Assembly: GCA_904063045.1 (NCBI GenBank)
Contig: CAJFCJ010000015.1
Location: 868,001 to 932,000 of the forward strand
Source: Dimorphilus gyrociliatus
Lineage: Eukaryota > Animalia > Annelida
Direction of reading: 5' to 3'
DNA: 64,000 nucleotides
A program made the position numbers and the translations under genes. The notes below the pieces were generated by a model. That model saw nothing but the letters and a program-made list of their open reading frames with translations. It had not been told where the DNA came from and did not search any database. Shown one piece after another: positions 1 through 13,945 of this stretch. Every line of letters starts with the position of its first letter. Position 1 is the first letter of the stretch.

Positions 1-1220
1 GAATCATTTTAAAATTTATTATACTTGATAGATAGACAGTCTCTACTTAGGAAACTATAATCGTATTAAATACAATTGGTATCTTAATGTCTTAATTCTA
101 TTGACTGAAATAACCAACACTTTGAAGTGTGACCAACGGCTTCTAATGTCAAAGAGCTTTTAAAAGACTTTCTTTTTTTTTTTCCTTATTTTCAAGGCTT
201 TAACTGTTAAAATGACTAATCAGCGCTTTTTTTTCTTTCTTTTTTAGTTATCCTGTTGTTATTTTATTTATGTATATTTATAAAAAGCGACAACTTTATG
301 TATATAACAAAAAAGAAATAGCTTATAGCATAAGAGTTTACGCGTATTACTTATCCTTCCGTTTTTCTCTTTTTTTTTTAATTCTTAGTATAGTTCTTTT
401 TGAGAAGTAACTACTATTCATTCGTATTCAATTTTTCTATAGTTGAGTCATCGCTTTCTGACTATCGCTTCAATTGTTAATAATACAATGTATTTACCTG
501 TACATAAAACGCGCAATTAGGCGTAGTAAAATAAACAAAATAGAATTTTCTCATCGTTATTTATCTTTTACTCCCTTCATCATTTGAACTAAGTAACCTC
601 CTAAGATGAGCGAAGAAGAGCGTGTTTTTTTTTTTTTTCTTTAGGTACAAGTAGATAGAGTCTTAGAGGCTTAGTTTTTTTCTCTCTTAACGGTAAAAAT
701 TGATATAATAGAATGAAAATTATCTATATTTTATTTTTTTTTCATTTTTGGAGACGCGCTCTTTCCAAATAGAGTACAATTCGTTTTTCTCGGTTTGATT
801 ACGTTTCAGAATTATTAGATTTCTGTTATATATGTTGGAGTATATCACCATATTCTCACGTTTATTTACGAGCCGCTAAACTCTCAATATAATCTAGTTA
901 ATTCTGGTTATAATTATACATCGCTGGTTACCATCTTCCGTTTTAGATTTTATAGATAAAGAATACATTTAATTTCCGTAATCGTAATAAAGTGAAGAAT
1001 GTTAGGTAGATGGTTACCATAGAAACCATACTGCACTTAGGCAACGTTCGGTTTAGGTCTTTTGACTAGCTTGGCTTCATCTAAAGCTACAAGTACGTAA
1101 TTAGAATTCTCATCAATAATTTACCTTTAATTCTATGGTTCCTTTTTTTTTTTATAAATAAAAATCAACAAAAAAAAGTGACATAATCTATAATCATTTT
1201 TTTTCTTCCGATTGTTCCAG

Positions 1221-1804
1221 TTTCCGGAACATGGCCTTTATAGTTTACAAGAAAGATTAGTTCTTTTTAAACATGATAACTCAAATTCGAATATTTTGCG
1301 CCTTATTCAAGAAGCCTCAGAAGTGACTTCAAATTGTTTAGTGGAGGTTGTTCTCTCTTCTTCTACAACTATTGAAGAATTGTCAATTCGACCGCATAAT
1401 TTGAACATTCACTCATACAAATCGCCACATTTTTGCGATTTCTGCGGAGAAATGTTGTTCGGATTAGTGAAACAGGGTTTAAAATGCGATTACTGTGGCC
1501 AAAATTATCATAAACGTTGTGCCTACAAGATTCCTAATAACTGTACAGCAGCAAAAATAAGAAGAACTTCAACGCAAGTCAGCTTAACTCACAACCCATC
1601 TGTGAATCAGGTATTTATCTTTTTTTCCTTCTTTTTTTTATACACTATCTATCCATCTTTTTTTTTACTCCTTTTTCCTTCTAATACGCATTAAAAATCT
1701 TTTTTATGGAAATATTTTGTGCGAAATAAAGGACGCGGCGATCGGCGTAGTTGCTGCTCCATTTTCAGCCAAGTTCCTTCAAAGAGACGACAGCCACTCG
1801 GTAC

Positions 1805-1835
<31 letters not shown>

Positions 1836-3409
1836 GATATGTACTTGTACATATACTGTATATATTTTCTATCCATTTTCTCTTATTTCTCTTTTTCTCT
1901 TTCTGTTTGTCTGTCTCTCTACTCCCCTCTCCTCTCTCTCTCTTCCTTCAACATAATCCCTTGTTTTTCCCCATCAAAATTCCTTTCCGTCTTTCATTCC
2001 TTCCCATATATTTGTTACGAAATTTTATATAAATATCTATATATGAATACTATATACCAATCGGTATGTAATAGATATTATATTCCTGCATGGTTTCTGT
2101 CAATTATACGGGGTCGATCGCCTTTTATCGATTCCAGGACGCTTGCATTCGAATGCATGATTTATTCTGTCGTCATGTCGTATTTTGCATATACAGCTGT
2201 CCTCTTCGCGGCATTCTCGTCCTCCTAATCCCGGTGTTGTTAATTTGAATTCGAAATATTTGGGTCGTCGAGTAAGTTGTTTCTAAAATCTTTGTATTAA
2301 TCACTTTTTTATCCAACCTATTTATTATTTATAGAAGAATGTCTCAATGTAACAGTTTTTATCCTTTTATAATTTTCTCCTTATAAAACAGTCGGTATCG
2401 GGAATTGAAAGGAGTTCAAGATCAAGCTCTTGGTCCGGAAGACCACTATGGATGGAAGATGAATTTCGCAAACGTATTAAAGTCCCTCATACGTTTATTG
2501 TTCATAATTATACTCGACCAACCAAATGTATGCTTTGTAATAAATTATTGAAGGGCTTATTTAGACAAGGCGTACAGTGTAAAGGTGAGATTTATTACTA
2601 AATGGGTGCAGTTTTAGTCGATTTTCTTTTATGATAAACGCTTTCCTTAATAGATTGCAAATTCAACTGTCACAAAAAATGTTCTGAAAAGGTAGCGAGG
2701 AACTGTTTGGGAGAGGATAATTGGGTTCCTGGAGGTATGTATTGTTTATTTTTAATTTTTCGAGTAGCAATATAGACGGGTCCCCTTTGGCTTGATTTAT
2801 TAACGATAAAAGATGACGGTGACATGGTCTGTGTAAGTGAATTACCGGACGATTCCGAGGATGCTACTCTTGATGAAGATATCGATGAAATGGTTGACAC
2901 AAAGTTAGCACTAAGGTAAAAGGAGAAGCATGTCGCCGTCCTGTGTAGAATAAGATCGACAAAAAAAATAGACCATACAAACGCTCTTTTTTCTCACTCT
3001 CACTCTCTCTCTTTCTCATAGTTTATACTTTCGATTCTGTATTTTTTTCTGCATGTTTATCTCCTTTCCTCTCTCAGCCATTGGCTCAACGCAATCGATC
3101 GACTCGAACGGTGATACTAGTGATCAGAGTTCAACGCTCTCAGAGGAACTCGATCCGACCAAACAGCCGCAGGACAACGAGGAAGATGTAGAAGAATACA
3201 TCCCACTTAAACCGGCTATAAGGTGTTGTTTTCTTTTTGTCGTGATTAGAACCTATTCTTTTTTATCTCTTAGTTTAAACTCATCTATTCTAGATACTAG
3301 CAAGTACTGTAAGGAGGTGAGGAAAAAATGAAAGCGGATTTCTCTTGTTCCGCCTAAAATCCTCCCCGTGACATCCTTTGTATAATTATATAAATATAAA
3401 TATATACAG

Positions 3410-3454
<45 letters not shown>

Positions 3455-5525
3455 AAAGTATATAAAAAGAAAAAGAAAAAGATATAACACTAGTAATCTT
3501 TGTGTAAACGAAGCTTAAAAGCATTTCCGAATCCATCGTTTTTTCCACTCCCGTTCCCACTTTTTCTTTTTTCATGTTCTTTATCTTTTTTTTTTAATTA
3601 GACATTTATATATATATATATATATCTTAATTAAACAATAATTTTGATTATCCTTAATTAATAGTATTATATTTTTTTTCATATTTGAACCCAAACCAAA
3701 CCAAAAAATTCAAAAAATTGTACAAAATCAAAGTCCGACAACTAGTTCAAATATTCCTTTGATGAGAGTTGTTCAATCTGTGAAACATACAAAGAGAACT
3801 GGTTCGAAATTTATCCGCCAAGGTTGGATGGTGCATTATACTAATCGAGATAATCAAAGGAAGCGACATTTTTGGCAACTGGATCCAAATGCCATCACGC
3901 TATTTCCGAATGACAATACCAACAGGTTTTTCCTTAATCTATATAATATTTTTTGAAAGCTTTAACAAGAATAAGACAAAAATTCTTGTTTGTTTATTTG
4001 TTGTTTTTTGTTTCTTTCATAAAGATATTATAAAGAAATTACTCTTTCTGACGTTTCTTCAATGGAAATGAATGATGATATGGCTAACGGTAATTATGTT
4101 TTTGAGTTACATGTCTCAACGGGAACCATTTTTTACGTTGGCGCCTTGGCCGAAACTGATATTACCTCCGCTGAGAGTGGAATGGGTAAGGAACAAGCTG
4201 AATACTGGGAGAGTGCAATACGACAAGCTTTAATCCCTTTTACTAACGTTCGTATGGAGAAGAAAGAGGAGTCGGAAGTCGTAAAAGTTGAAAAGAAAGA
4301 GGAAAAAGAAGACATTAGCAAACTATATCAAATATGCCCCGATGACGTTTTAGGCTCTGGCCAATTTGGTATCGTATACGGAGGCAAACACCGTAAATCT
4401 GGCAGAGACGTGGCCATAAAAGTAATTGATAAAATGAGATTTCCTACAAAACAGGAGGCACAATTAAAGAATGAAGTTTCTATTCTACATAACATAAATA
4501 ATCCTGGAGTTGTTAATTTAGAGCATACGTTTGAGACACCTGAAAGAATATTCGTTGTTATGGAAAAATTGAAGGGTGATATGCTGGAAATGATACTTTC
4601 CAGCCCAAAAGGCAGATTAACCGAGCGTATTACGAAATTCTTAATTTCTCAAATTTTAGCCGCGTTACGTCATCTACATAACAAAAGTATAGTACACTGC
4701 GATCTTAAACCGGAGAATGTACTCTTATCCTCTGAAACACCATTTCCCCAAGTGAAACTTTGCGATTTTGGCTTTGCTCGTATTATCGGGGAAAAATCAT
4801 TTAGGAGATCGGTTGTAGGAACGCCAGCCTATCTGGCTCCAGAAGTTCTCAAAAATCGCGGATATAATAGATCATTGGATATGTGGTCTGTTGGTGTCAT
4901 TATCTACGTAAGTTTAAGCGGTACATTCCCATTTAACGAGGACGAAGAGATATCCGATCAAATACAAAATGCTGCATTTATGTATCCTCCTTCACCGTGG
5001 AATGAAATCTCTCGAGACGGTACGATCTAAATTTAATACTCTATTTAGTTAACTAATTAACAACATTCACTTAAGATTTTAAATTGAAAGAGAGTATTAT
5101 ATATAGTTATTATTTACTCCTTTTTAGCAATATTTTCCCTTTTTTCTTGTATTCTATTTTATTTCATTTTTTTTATTCCATAAATCATTTTTCTTCTTGC
5201 AAGAGTATTTTTTTTTTTACAACTTTTCAGCCGTTGACATGATCAAACGCCTACTTAAAGTAGAGATGACGAAACGTCTAGGTGTTTCGCAAGCACTAAG
5301 AGAATTGTGGATATACGAGGTCATTTTCCTACATATCTTAACAAAACAAAAATTTTCTTATCTATTTCATATTTGGCATGTTAATTAAGAAAACAAAGCA
5401 AAAAAAAAATCCACACTATTTTTTTTTAAAAAAACAATAATTTTAATTTTTTTAATTTTCTTGCTATTTAACATGCTTTTTGTTAACTAAAAGTTATAAC
5501 AGTATTATTGATAGTACTAATCATA

Positions 5526-5556
<31 letters not shown>

Positions 5557-7084
5557 GTGTGTGTGTGTGTGTGTGTCCTTGCTTTATTTCGTTTTAAAGT
5601 ATTACATGTCGTTCTATGGAAGACTAAAGAATGTACTTAATAATTGACAAACAATAACTACGAAGGATTTTAGTTTTTAAATGCGCTTCGCGTTTTGTCT
5701 TATGTTTTTATTCTTTTCTAAAAAATAGTTTTTTTAATTTTTTTCAAAGAAAAAACATATTAATTTAATTGAAACTATACAAAATACTCTTATGAACTTT
5801 TGCTCATTATTCTCCATTCTCCTTGAAACGCCAACATATCTTAGCCCTTGTCCTACCCCTGCTCCCTTTATATTAAGCATAAGAAAGAAAACTGTATCAT
5901 GCCTTTTGTGCTTTTGTCTCTTACAGCTATTGATATGATAAATAATTTACTGCAAGTGAAAATGCGTAGACGATATACGGTGGAGAAAACATTCTTTCAC
6001 GGTTGGCTGCAGGTATACTAATAAATAGAAATAGAAAAGAACCTAAATAGATATTATGGTCACATTTTTTTTTTTAATATATTATATTTTATTTTACACT
6101 TACTTTTGCAAAAGATTAGATAGAAAAGAGACCTTAGTTGCATTATATTTTTATTTTATAGATGGAATATTGGAATTATTTTTTATTATATTTTTCCTTA
6201 GTTTCAATATTTTATCTTATTGAATATGCATTATAGTATATACTGTATATATCTATAAATATATAAATATATATATATAGTATATTAATGTATATTCTTT
6301 AAGGTAAGACGAATGTTCACCTATTATTAGAGTAGTTTTTTTTATTCTTAGTTTTTGTTCAATTCCCTTGCCAAGAAGAGTATATGCTGCATGGACTTCT
6401 TTAAAATTCAGATGTACAGTATATACACATACATACATATATATATAACTACAATTAACAATATATACATACTGTATATATTGTATATAGAATGTACTGT
6501 ATGTATAAAAGTGTATGCTGTATATTATTTACTTAAAGGAGAATGTGATAGAGTCTAAATAAAAAAAAAAGGAAAAACAAATATATCTACTTATTTTGTC
6601 TTATTCTGCTGCTAATATTTATTTCTGCACTAGTTTTTTTGTATCTTTTCATTTTTCCGTGCATAAATCCTTGGCTACGCTGCTTTGATTTATAGATGTT
6701 TTTTTTTCTTACCTTTTTTTTATCACTAATTAATCAAATTAACCCTCTTTTTATAATATATAAATTTTTGTATAACTATATGCAATCTTTTACTAATTAT
6801 TGTTTCTTTTTTTTTTCCCTCCCCACATCCCATTCCTTCTTCTCCCTCTCTTCAAAAAAAAAAACAAAAAAAAAACAATTTATCTATTATAGGATTATCA
6901 ATGTTGGTGCGATTTAAGAAAATTGGAAGAGCACGTCGGTGAACGATACGTAACCCATGAAAGTGATGATGAACGATGGGAATTTTACCGAAAAGAGCAT
7001 AACTTGGAAATTTGGACAGAGAAGGGACAAAAAGGTGTGTCGAAGCACGAGATCTTTCCATTAAATAAATCGTCTAAATCATAA
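1221..7084 (+). CDS. PRKD1: Serine/threonine protein kinase D (ULD-C1a-C1b-PH-CAMK-type kinase); first coding exon(s) not located
   Basis: Exons ~1221-1610 (C1a [31 protein letters not shown]), 2197-2271, 2392-2584 and 2654-2734 (C1b), 2813-2915 or 3078-3222, 3734-3925 ([13 protein letters not shown]), 4025-5019 (kinase: [34 protein letters not shown]), 5231-5319 or 5927-6012, 6893-7084 ([22 protein letters not shown]). All GT-AG and phase-compatible. Confidence 0.96.
1732..1800 (+). CDS. Candidate 69-nt cassette exon of PKD ([23 protein letters not shown])
   Basis: GC-rich island in an AT-rich intron, flanked by AG and GTACTA; phase 0-0, no stop, frame-preserving. Confidence 0.5.
2813..2915 (+). 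CDS. PKD acidic-region exon variant X
   Basis: 103 nt, phase 1 to 2, encodes [34 protein letters not shown]; donor GTAAAA; acceptor ATAAAAG is weak. Confidence 0.65.
3078..3222 (+). CDS. PKD acidic-region exon variant Y
   Basis: 145 nt, phase 1 to 2, strong pyrimidine tract + CAG, encodes [48 protein letters not shown]. Confidence 0.65.
5231..5319 (+). CDS. PKD kinase subdomain XI exon, divergent variant A
   Basis: TTTTCAG acceptor, GTCATT donor; [30 protein letters not shown]; phase 1 to 0. Confidence 0.7.
5526..5576 (+). repeat. Compound (CT)n(GT)n microsatellite
   Basis: Visible dinucleotide runs in the intron between the two alternative kinase exons. Confidence 0.9.
5927..6012 (+). CDS. 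PKD kinase subdomain XI exon, canonical variant B
   Basis: CTTACAG acceptor, GTATAC donor; [29 protein letters not shown] closely matches the known PKD sequence; phase 1 to 0. Confidence 0.9.
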
Positions 7085-7425
7085 TTTTTTAACAATCAAT
7101 AACAAAAAATAAATTTACATACGGACATTTTAAATATATATATATATATATAAATTTATATATATATTTATATATATCGTTTTAAAACATATTTCATTCA
7201 TATTGTTATTGCGTCTTATTTTATATATGTATATGCATATATATGTGTATGTGTCCATGTATACATTATATACGATACTTACGACATATATATATATATA
7301 TATACCCTGTCTTTCCTGGCTAATTGGTTGTTCAAGCAAATATGTGTTATGAAAGAAAAGGATAAAAAATAAAAATTGCTTTTTTTCCAATAAAACAGAT
7401 TAGTACAGCTTCTTTCAAGTTTGTT

Positions 7426-8109
7426 TTAAAAAAAAAACAAAACAAATAATATGTATATACGAAGATTGATGTGTGACGGTTTAATTGCTGTTTGCTTTAA
7501 ATTTCCAGTTTGATAATCTGGTGAAGGAATTACCCTTAATTTTCTACTACTAGTGTTATCTAACACGCAGTAAGTCTTCGATATAATCTGATATTCTATA
7601 CAGGCTAAGTGTAGTTGTTTTGGCTTCCATAGTGCCTTACTGTTATGTTTTTTTTCTTTTTGTCTCGTCTAAAGTGATAATTAAACGATTTTTTTCGCGA
7701 AAAAAAACAAAAAAATATACGAAATCGCATAATGTAAATAAAATATATACAAGAAAAAATTACTCACATTCAACAGAATATTCGGTAGGCTAAAGCATTG
7801 AAAAACACTTGATCTAGTCCTATGCATCCATTTTGCAGTTCTCAAATGATCTGTCTTATAAAATTGCCGCCACTTTTCCAAATTGCACAAAAAAGATAAA
7901 GATGGAATATATGACTCAGAATTACACTTTTCCAGCGAACGATAAGGTTTTAATTCCGGGTAAAATCTGATTAAAAGGTCATCCACCGAATAAGCAGTAC
8001 ATTCGATTAATTCCCTGTTTATTCCTGAGGAACTAACACTCTCTTGGAATAGGGAGAGGAGTAAATTATCAGCTTCGGAAATTAGCCTACACTTATTAGT
8101 TTGTTCCAT
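7426..8109 (-). CDS. Hypothetical (orphan) two-exon protein, ~190 aa; 3' end uncertain
   Basis: ATG at 8109; exon 8109-7768 ends at a strong GTGAGT donor; 99-nt intron ends TTTAG; exon from 7668 stays open in the spliced frame for ~80 codons (TRQKEKKHNSKALWKPKQLHLACIEYQ...) to TAA at 7428-7426. No family recognised. Confidence 0.55.
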
Positions 8110-9062
8110 CGAGTGTTAAAACTAATAAAATCAAGAAATGTATTGATATCAATCGACTCCCGATATGTCGTATAATACCGTATTGAAATTCTGTCTATTC
8201 AAATAAGCCGCTCGTCTCGATTTGAACAATCTTTTAAGTAAAATAGGCGTGACTAGTTTTGTAAAAAAAGGAGTATAAGATTGGCTTTTGGCTAACGACG
8301 GAACCTAAACTCGATGCACGCAATAAAACTTCATTTAAAATATCTAATGCAAACTAATCCATTAAAGAAAATTTTCAGTATTTTTAGGAAATATAGCACG
8401 AACCAGAAGACGACAGTTGCATTAATGTTATATTCTCTCTATTCAAACGGTACCAACGCAATTGAATTTCCTAAATAATTAATGTATGTACAATTACACA
8501 CAAATTTTCGTTATTCGAAAACAAACATTTTCACATTTTTTTCTTCACAATTTTCTATACAATTCTTTTCTGACCAAAAAAACATTTTTTCATAATTTTT
8601 AGACATATATAGAAATTGCAAAAATTCAAATCTACACACCTCGCAATTATTTTAAATAGATAAAACACAAAACTAACTATTTCCTCTATGATTTTTTCGG
8701 GTTAACACTATAGCGCTCGTGAAAATAAGAACAAAAAAAAGAAATAGAATATTAAAAAAAAATAATTAATTTCTCTAAGCACAACAAAAAATATCACACT
8801 ATCAACATGGCGACTCAGCAGGGATCGAGCATATACACGAACGAAAAACCAACCGACCATTTTATGTTTTTTCTTCTTCCTCTCAAATGAGAAAATTCAT
8901 CTGAGAATATCAAAATCGGTGTTCGATATTAAGCTCACTAAATCACTTTCCTAAAAATCTGCAGTTAATTGCAGGCTGACCAGCGTTTTTCGGAAAAATA
9001 AAGAAAATCGTGTCCGTTGCATGAATTAGAGTGCGAAGCGTGGAACAAGATCATATACATGA

Positions 9063-9064
9063 AG

Positions 9065-9098
<34 letters not shown>

Positions 9099-9194
9099 CG
9101 TAGACATGAAAACTTATATGAACGTTTGAATGGTGCACATAAATATATATGTAAGATATATATAAATTTACATCTCTTACATACATATTTATAC

Positions 9195-9244
<50 letters not shown>

Positions 9245-9251
9245 TTTATAT

Positions 9252-9323
<72 letters not shown>

Positions 9324-9335
9324 GTATATATATGT
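9063..9335. repeat. Compound (TA)n/(CA)n microsatellite just downstream of the NOVA stop
   Basis: Long interrupted TA/CA runs; source of the spurious YI-repeat ORFs. Confidence 0.95.
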
Positions 9336-9391
9336 TTCAGTATTGGCTTGGCCAACAAAGATGACGAAGGGGCGAAGAGTCGAACTAGATG

Positions 9392-11652
9392 CTAACGGCT
9401 AGTTCGTGCTCGCTTTTCCTCCTCCACGCCAATGCGATGCTCGATGATCGTTTGAGCCCTTTGAACGTTTGACGCCGTTCCAGTGATAGTAACAATTCTA
9501 TTTCTAGTCCCAGGTGCATAAACACCTTTCTTCGATATTTGGATATTTGTGCAAGTCTGTTGTTGGATGTCCACAATTCCTCTTCCACCTGGACCGAGTA
9601 TTGCCCCAACAATATGCTCGCCAACTTCCAATTCTTTTTTATCCTCTTCTTCTGTTCCGGACGCGTTTCCTGCTATTGACATACCGAGACCGAATGAATT
9701 CTGATTCTGACCGATAAACATCGCGTCTCCACCGCCTGCTCCCGAAACTCCTGCTTGTGTGACTGTGCCCCCGGTTTGGGCAGTTCCATAAGCGGGCCTT
9801 TCATGAACATAATCTGCAGGAGTATCCGAAGTCATGGACGAAGTGGTCGTGGCGCCCATAGGTCCGAAGAAACTGTGACCATCTCCAGTAGTAGCATTTG
9901 CCGCGTTGGGAGCAGTTCCAGGATATGTTGCCGCTGCAGCGGCAACTGCTGCTGCTGCTGCCGGATTAGGTCCTTGGCCGATAATACCAGGCATTGTTCC
10001 TGTGTTATGGGGACCTGGATTCGGTGCCATTAACGGTGGAGGAACACCGCCTGCCTGGAGAGTTGTAATGTGAGTCATTAGTTGTTGCATAGCCATTCCA
10101 AAAAACCCATAGTTCAATAATGTCAACATAGCGCTACTAATCTCTTCAACAGCTACTTCACTATATCCGGCGTTACGCAAGGCGGTTTTCATGGTATCGA
10201 ATAAAGAATTATTTCCAGATGATAATGTAAGGTTGTTTATGCCAGTTCCAAGGTTTTGAAAAGGAGATACATGAGATGGAGTAGGACCGGGAGCCGACGG
10301 GCCTTGATGACTAGTTGCATAAGGAGAACCAGTTGGATTAGCAGAAGCTACTGGACCTAATTGCAGAAAATCATCTATTTTTATAAAGTTACAAAGTGTT
10401 TTGCCTCTATAAATTATGTGAAAAGATGTTTATATCTTTTCACAAGAAACTCACCCCTGTAATCGGCATAACTTATGTTTGGGCAGCTTCCGCTTTGAGG
10501 ATCATCAATGATTTTCTGCAGTATCAAATCGACGGCCTTTTTTACTTGAGATAAATCACCGGCAACAGTTACACATCTCTCAGGTAAATTCATCTCCTTA
10601 GATTTTTGAGAGATTTGAACGTAAGCGTTACTGTCTTCTTTAATTTGAGAGATATAATTACCAGCTTTTCCTATTATCATACCAGCTGTACTATTTGGAA
10701 CTAATATTTTCACCTGTATTTTATTTGAGTCAGTTAATACCTTAAATCGTTAAAAATTTTTTAGCGTAAAACAAGTCTGTACGCCTTTATTTGGATACTT
10801 TTCTATATTATTATTAACATCAGATCAATGATTAAGTGACCGATTGCAAGTGTAAACAATTGCTTCGATCTTTTCAATTTAATACAATATTCACTCTTTC
10901 TATTTTATTAAAGCCAGCGTTACCTGTTTGTGGCGTTCCGTGTGTCGGCTACCGTCAGATGATTCACTACGTGAACCCTGGTCAGGTTTATCTCTAATCT
11001 TTTCCATAACGAAGTTATGTACAGTACGAACGGCGTCCGGTGATCCTGTGATTAGGCAGACTCGTTCTGTCGTGCCTGCCAGCAGAAAAGAAATCAGTAA
11101 TGTCAAAAAATTAATATATTTAAGGGATTAAACCTGGATAATAATCGTTGGATTTCGACATTTTGATATTGGCCCCAGTATCTTTTTGTATCTGTGTTAT
11201 CGTTTCTCCACCCTTGCCAATAATGGCACCTGCTGCTACGGAAGGCACCAATACTTTGAGGTAGATATTGTCGGTTCCGGTACAATCTGTCGTTGGAGTT
11301 ATATTAAAAAATAGTATAAAGATAAAAAATCACGATTTATGTTGTAGTAACACGGTGACAACCACTTTTTCATCTTTTGATGACATACATAAATTTAATA
11401 ACTTAACATTGACTAGTTAAAATTGATGTAAAAAGCGTCTATTTAAAATCTTATTACGAAACCATATTGAGCGGCAGTAAACAGGAGCCATTTTTGCATC
11501 GAGGTCACAATTTCTAGTCAATTTTATCCATTCTTCTAAAAGCACATCGATCATAATTTAAACCTACCCATTCTTTGAAGTGATTTTTTCAAAATGCCTG
11601 ATTCAGATTCACTATCTAATGGTCGTTTTCGTGAATCAGAGGCTGTTTCCAT
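9392..11652 (-). CDS. NOVA1: NOVA/pasilla KH-domain splicing regulator (3 KH domains)
   Basis: Exons 11652-11568 ([13 protein letters not shown]), 11286-11134 (KH1 [22 protein letters not shown]), 11075-10924 ([11 protein letters not shown]), 10713-10455 (KH2 [17 protein letters not shown]), 10356-9392 (A/G-rich linker, KH3 [27 protein letters not shown]). Confidence 0.95.
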
Positions 11653-11681
11653 TATACAAATCGACAGCGTTCATCCGCCAT
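11652..11681 (-). promoter_or_regulatory. 9-codon uORF (MADERCRFV*) whose TAA overlaps the NOVA ATG (TAATG)
   Basis: Minus strand: atcATG GCG GAT GAA CGC TGT CGA TTT GTA TA[ATG]GAAACA. Confidence 0.55.
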
Positions 11682-12069
11682 GATCACAGATACACCGGGC
11701 CAAATCACGTTTATTCGCACGATACTGTATTCCTGAACGAGATTTATAATTTAATTAACTAATTTTTTTCCTGCTTCTTCTTCCTCAGGGTTTATTTATT
11801 TATTGTTAATTTATTTTTCGTTTTCTTAGCAATATTTAAGAATTTATTTTTTATTCAACTTTTTAACATGCTCCCTAATACGTTAACATTTACAAATGAT
11901 CAGTTTTATCTTTTGAAAAGTCATTAAAAATATATTTTGAATTTTATATTTATAAAGGAAATAATTATTAAAATTATTAAGTCAATATCAATAAGTTTTT
12001 CGACAAATTTGTACACAGGGATCATTTAATTCAAGTTACCGGCTGGGAATATTTTCGTTGGTCACATAG

Positions 12070-12077
12070 TGACGTCA
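12070..12077. promoter_or_regulatory. Palindromic CRE (TGACGTCA) between divergent NOVA and PP1 starts
   Basis: Exact 8-bp CRE, 11 nt upstream of the PP1 ATG; function not shown. Confidence 0.35.
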
Positions 12078-12088
12078 TTTGTGCAAAA

Positions 12089-13762
<1,674 letters not shown>

Positions 13763-13945
13763 TCATGAACTTTTTTTTTGTAAAGTGCAGAAGTCGGTGA
13801 ACATGATTGTAAAATGTTTTGTATGTTTGGTGTAACGACGAATGATTCTCGATTTATTCTTACATACAGTAAAGTAAATGGTTTGATATAAATATTAAAA
13901 CAAAACAGTCACGAAACATTAACCATATTTCAATACAAGTTTCGT

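Noticed and set aside
8965-9395. Three overlapping YI/IY-repeat ORFs (similar ones at 1691-2228, 3354-3575, 6253-6558, 7130-7390, 23561-23791)
   Set aside because: They are translations of (TA)n microsatellites, which lack stops in some frames.
9514-10033. Antisense ORFs over NOVA (likewise 16092-16442, 53218-53876, 25687-26248, 44633-44843)
   Set aside because: Shadow frames of well-supported coding exons with no independent motifs.
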